DNA of 64,000 nucleotides from Plasmodiophora brassicae (Eukaryota): NCBI GenBank assembly GCA_036867785.1, contig CP145417.1, positions 1,116,001 to 1,180,000 of the forward strand, read 5' to 3'. Shown piece by piece: positions 59,009 to 64,000 of this stretch (position 1 is its first letter; each line of letters starts with the position of its first letter). The notes under the pieces were generated by a model. It saw only the letters and a program-made list of their open reading frames with translations, ran no database searches and was not told where the DNA came from. The position numbers and the translations under genes were made by a program.

Positions 59009-59836
59009 GGGATAGCGATAGTCTAGCGGGTCCTGGCACAGGGCACGACAGCCAAGTCCGCCACGGACTCCGCCACGGTCTTTTGTCCGGGCCGCCAACA
59101 GCCCGCTATGTAAGCCAAACAGCTGCAGGTTGCTATACCTTGTACCTCGCCTTGCCTCCGCCCACCATATCCTCGCCTTGGCCTGTTCCGTTGCCTCCGC
59201 TTTGCCCTGTTGTGTTTGGCACACTCGCCTGTTCTTGACGTGTTTTCTGTGTGTGAGAAAATGGCATATACTTACTCCTATAGCGCGGTTGCGCGCTGGC
59301 CGGAGAGCTCGTCGATCAGAGTCTCGACATTTTCTCTCATGCCCTGGTTTTGCTTCCTACCAACGAAGCCTGCCACTGGTGGCTGGTCGTTGTTTTCGCG
59401 CAGCTGGATCACACCATCATGGCGTACGTACGATTCCTGGCCAACAGGGATCGTCCTCCTCATCACCTGGTGACACAATGTCATCCCGAGCTGGACATTC
59501 CAATTGCCGCCACCTCCAACCAACCCAGCGTAAAAGAAGGACGGCAAGAAGGCACATTTCGGACAACGATGATTGGGCATCTGGCGTCGGCGCTCTTTAT
59601 CACGGCGCCGATCGCCGCCGGGCAACGCGGCCTGTCTGGTGGTGACGATTGCGCGGCCGACCGGGTGCGCACTTAAAGAAGGAGGGCGTGGACGAACGAA
59701 GGCACGGTGCCGGGTGCGCCACGCGTCGTCGCCTGATCAGTGCGTTGCCGGGCCCACCGCCGACCGACGGTGCAGACGACGTCAGGCCGGCGACGTTGTG
59801 ACGACGTCGCCCATGCCTTCCCCAGCAGCGACTTCG

Positions 59837-61833
59837 ATGCAGAACCCGCTGCTGGATCCGCCATCGGACGATGACGAGGGGCGCCCGCGATTCCCGTCGC
59901 CCAGCACTCGCGTCGAACGCGATGCGCAGTCGCCGTCCTGGTACGCGTCACGCGAGGCGCGCATGCACCCGACCCACCCGCCCTGAGTGATTCGGCGCTG
60001 GTAGGCGAATGGTCCTGCTCAGCCCGGACAAGGACCTGCCGCGTATATCGTGCAAGGCGTCGGCCCTGTCGCTGATCGCGACCATGGTCGGCGGGGGCGC
60101 CCTGTCCATACCGTATGCTGTTCAGGAGTCCGGGTAGGTGTATGCCCTGAGGGCGCGCGCGCCCCTGGCCGACCTCGGACCGGTTCCCGCTGACCGACCG
60201 CCTGTGCCGCCCCAGGTTGATCTCCAGCGCCGTCATCCTGCTGGCCATCGCCGTCAGCTCCGGGTTCTCTCTGTACGCCGCGTCGGGCATCATGGCGCGT
60301 GCGGGCCGCCCTGACATGCCATCTGCTGCAAACAGGGAACTGCTCCTGCAGTGCAGCCGTCTATGCGACAAGGCGAACCCTTCGTATACGGAGGTGGCTC
60401 TCGAGGCGCTCGGCCGCCCAGGTTCGCCTCATTGATCGTACGCGGCCGCGAGCGCCTGACATACGGCATCGTTCAGGTCGCGCTGTATCGTCGCTTCTCA
60501 TACTGGCCATGACGTTCCTCGCCGTTGTCGCCTACCTCATGCTCCTGGGCGACATTGTCCCAACGATGGCGGCGTACGCGTACGCGTCGGAGCCTGGTGG
60601 CACGGAATGGTTCACGCGCAAGGGTACGTTTGGTTCACCGTCAGCACCGCGTCTCCCGTGTCCCCCAGGCTCATGACGCTGCCCACGTAGGCCCCGTACT
60701 GTCCCTCGTCTGCGCGTTCGCCTATCCGGTGTGCTGCGTCCGCCATCTCCGATCGCTGCGGTACGAAATCCGTCGTACGGGCCGGTGACGTCGTCGCCCC
60801 GCTGACCCCCGTCCCCTGATCGGTGCCTGTCAGATATGCCAACCTGGTCGGCTTCGCGTCCATGCTCTTCCTGAGCGTCTGCATGCTCGTCCGCCTGCTG
60901 GATCACACCGCGGTCTGCCGCCCGCCGTCCACCCGCATGCGGCACGCCATCGTTTACTAACGTCGTGGATCTCGCGTTCCAGGTCGCCGACGCGGCATCG
61001 CTGACGCCGATTGTCTGGTTCCGGACCGACATGCGCCTGCTGCTGGGCGTTTCCGTCATGAGCGTCTCGTTCGTCTGCCACTTCAACCTGCTGCCCGTGC
61101 ACTTCTCGCTGAAGCGCCCGACGAGGCGGCGCGCCACCAGGGTACGTTGTAGGCGCTTGGGGCCGTGCGTGTCGTCGTGCTGCCAACCGACATCTGACCG
61201 CGGGCGGGGTGCCATGCACAGCTGGTCAACATGTCGATCACGGTGGCGACGTTGGTGTACCTGCTGATCGGCACGACCGGGTACCTGACGTTCCGCGGCC
61301 GCGTCCTGGACAACATCCTGATGAACTACGGGCGCGACGACGCGCTCCTGAATTGCGGGCGGGCGACGCTGGCCGTCACGATCTTCTGCGGCATCCCCGT
61401 CGTCCTGCTGCCGAACCGCGACCTCATCGAGGAAACCCTGTTCGGCACCCTGCCCTACTCCCGGCTGCGATCCGCCGCCCAGACGTTCGCCCTGCTCGGC
61501 GCCGCCCTGCTCGTCGCCGTGCACGTCCCCCGGATCGTCTACGTCTGGGACTTTGTCGGCTCGACGGCGTCGTCCATCGCCATGTTCAGTACGTCCGCCG
61601 GTTTCGGGTGCCGCACCCCGGGTTCGCCCGCTCTGCACTAACTGACGGGACGGCGCGCCCGCGTGTACCTAGTTCTGCCCCCCGTCTTCTACCTGCGCCT
61701 GCGACGCCGCCCGCTGACGCACGACGCCGAGACGCGGGCCGCATTCGCCCTCCTCGTCGGCGGCGCCGTCGTTGCCGTCGCCTGCACGGTCGACTCGGTC
61801 CTCAATGTTGTCAACGGGCCGCCGACGCAGTAG
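59837..61833 (+). CDS. Amino-acid transporter (AAAP/SLC38-like), multi-exon
   Basis: ATMVGGGALSIP, SYTEVA, AYLMLLGD, SFVCHFNLLPV, GYLTF...NILMNY, FVGST, LPPVFYL; ~60-bp introns. Confidence 0.9.
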
Positions 61834-62073
61834 GTGGTCTCCTCCTGTATTCGGTGGTAACACAGTACAGTGGAATGGACAGTCGGTGCATCGGATCGGG
61901 AAACGCGGAATAGGGGAGTGAGTGCTGGTTGTTCCCGCGGGCCCGGGACGGGGGCGGCTCGGGATACACGCGATTCGCGCCGACAGCTCGACCTGCCGCC
62001 TGTCGGATCGGGCGCGCATCAGTTCTGTATAACCTGTCGTCGGCGTCGACATTGACCTGCCCGTGATCAACGA

Positions 62074-62364
62074 ATGACGCTCGAGGACAAGCGACGGGAG
62101 GCGGCCAGGCTGCGCCAGGAGGCGCTGTCGCCCGACTCGGAGCTGCTGCCGACCAGGAAGGAGGCGGAATCGCTGCCGTACGACACGCCCGTGGCCGAGG
62201 ACCAGCAGGAACGCCCGGTCGTCGAGGGCAAAGCCGAGAAGCGGGCCGGCGGCGAAGGCAAACCGACACTGCTGAACAAGAGCGACATCCGCAAACTGCG
62301 ACGGGCCATGAAGCTCGAAGAGGAATGCCAGCAGGCGGCCGGCGGTGAGCGCCCCGAGGCCTGA
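62074..62364 (+). CDS. Small hydrophilic hypothetical protein, 96 aa
   Basis: ATG-initiated ORF with GC3-rich host-like codon usage. Confidence 0.55.
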   Translation: MTLEDKRREAARLRQEALSPDSELLPTRKEAESLPYDTPVAEDQQERPVVEGKAEKRAGGEGKPTLLNKSDIRKLRRAMKLEEECQQAAGGERPEA

Positions 62365-62713
62365 GACGTCCGAGAGCGCCACCGGTCGTCGACCGGCGCG
62401 CCAGTGTGCCCGTGCTCTGCTGCAGGTCCAAATTCTGCCCCCGTCCCCACATCGCACATGCAATACACGCGACGCTAGTATGTAGAAGACATTGTCGCCC
62501 TGCGAAGTCCAAATCCAGAACACGGCCAGAGCCAATTGCGCTGTGTGCCCGTGGCCACGACGACGAACGAGGCATTAATCCGGGGCGCGACTAATCCGGG
62601 GCACCGCGCGCTGCTGCGGCGGGCGGCCCTGTGGCCCGGCACGTCATCGATTGCGCGCTAGGGTCGACGTGTCCATTACAACGGAGCACTAATCGGGAGG
62701 CGGCGACGCGCGC

Positions 62714-63544
62714 ATGACCACGTCGGAGGCGCCGGGCGACGTCGCCGGGCGGCGTGCGCGCGCCCCCGTCGTCCTGCAGCCCGTCTGCACGCGCGCCTAC
62801 CTGCTTAACGCCGGCCTGGTCCTGTACGTCGGCGTCTGGGTCGCCATCGCCTTCCTGGCGTACGTGTCGCTGGCCGACCCGCACCGCTACTACGTGTCCG
62901 CCCTGGTGAACCACGCGCGGCGCGATCGCAACCGGGCGGTCGGCATCGGCGTCCTGATCGCCCTGGTCGTTGTCCACGCCGCCTGGCAGCTGTTCCGCTC
63001 CGAGACGGCCCACGTCCTGTCGGAGAAGTTCGGCAGGCGGTTCGCCGTCGACGAGCTGCGCGCCTTCATGTCGTGCGACCCGGAGGTGATCGTGTCGGCG
63101 TACACACCGACCCGGTGCCGGGGCGTGACCTGGAAGCGCATCCAGTACAAGGCGTGGGCGGCGGCGCCCGGCAGCCGCCCCGGCGACCTCGACGGCATCC
63201 GCTGGCCGGCGCCCTACACGATCCTGCACGTCGACGAGCGCCTCGACATTGACGAGGACGCCCGGCGGGACGCCATCGGCAAGTTCAGATCGTGCTGCTC
63301 GTTCTTCGTCTCGTGCCGCGGGCGCTGCGCCGACTCCACGTTCAGCCGGCGCATGTTCGTCATCAACGGCGACCGGCGCTGGTGGATGTCCCGCATCACG
63401 TTCACGATCGCGACCCTGTTCGGCCTGTCCTGGCTGTACACGTACCTGTTCCTGCGGCGGTGCACGCCCGTCGCCATACGCATCACGAAACGCGTCGACG
63501 TCGTCCGGCAACAACAACAACAACAACAACACGACCCGGTATGA
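62714..63544 (+). CDS. TMEM151-like membrane protein, 276 aa
   Basis: Two N-terminal TM segments, C-terminal WW...ATLFGLSWLY...ITKRV, poly-Q tail; strong codon bias. Confidence 0.65.
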   Translation: MTTSEAPGDVAGRRARAPVVLQPVCTRAYLLNAGLVLYVGVWVAIAFLAYVSLADPHRYYVSALVNHARRDRNRAVGIGVLIALVVVHAAWQLFRSETAHVLSEKFGRRFAVDELRAFMSCDPEVIVSAYTPTRCRGVTWKRIQYKAWAAAPGSRPGDLDGIRWPAPYTILHVDERLDIDEDARRDAIGKFRSCCSFFVSCRGRCADSTFSRRMFVINGDRRWWMSRITFTIATLFGLSWLYTYLFLRRCTPVAIRITKRVDVVRQQQQQQQHDPV

Positions 63545-64000
63545 CAGGCAGGCAGTGCGACGACGACGCGACTTGTATATTTACAAAGCAGACGCATAAT
63601 AGTAAAGCGCGAGGGATCGCCAGGCGACACGCGCGACGCAGGTCTCGCATATGGGACAGACAGCCGTCGCCTCCCCGATCCGATACCTGAAAGAGGGGTG
63701 GCGGCGGATCGAAAATAACGCAGCGGCCCGTCCGGAGCTGCAGATCGCTGACGACTGTGGGCCAACCTGCAGCTGCACAGGGACGCTGCAGCTGGGACAG
63801 GGGCGACAGTGCCCAGCAGACCCGCGGCAGGGCGGAACGAGCAAGTCCGTGGCGGGGCGCGTGGCCCGCGACTAAAACCGACGATCGACGTCGTTGGGTG
63901 CGCAGGCGGCAGACGGGCGCAACCATGAAGGTAGGCGCGGGCTGGCCGACGATGCCGCTGGGGCGGAATCGCTGACCGGTGCGCTGTGTGGCCCCCGTGT

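Noticed and set aside
59350-59676. Small ORF between the PUM3-like gene and the transporter
   Set aside because: No motif and weak codon bias; probably promoter or UTR

Overview
Eukaryotic DNA: GC-rich with very short GT-AG introns. The style resembles a plasmodiophorid or other SAR protist, but that is inference only. About 1-55.7 kb is a densely nested transposon island, and many junctions can be checked from target-site duplications (TSDs) or reconstructed empty sites. It holds at least four CACTA/EnSpm-type DNA transposons (CACTG/CACAG termini), an apparently intact 3-exon tyrosine-recombinase (Crypton-like) element inserted in one CACTA transposase, two intact chromodomain Ty3/Gypsy elements (19791-25816, 42136-47471) plus decayed relatives, several Ty1/Copia pieces including a gag-only element, a Helitron, a LINE fragment and a 316-bp element with palindromic ends. 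From about 56 kb the sequence switches abruptly to compact host genes: Derlin, Puf6/PUM3-like, an amino-acid transporter, a small hypothetical protein and a TMEM151-like protein. Most notable: (1) the YR element with a Cys/His insertion and an unrecognised C-terminal domain; (2) Copia primer-binding sites matching a tRNA-Asn anticodon arm in half-tRNA register; (3) a probably self-priming Gypsy whose 5' LTR preserves a fold-back product starting exactly at the PBS; (4) the double-palindrome mini-element.
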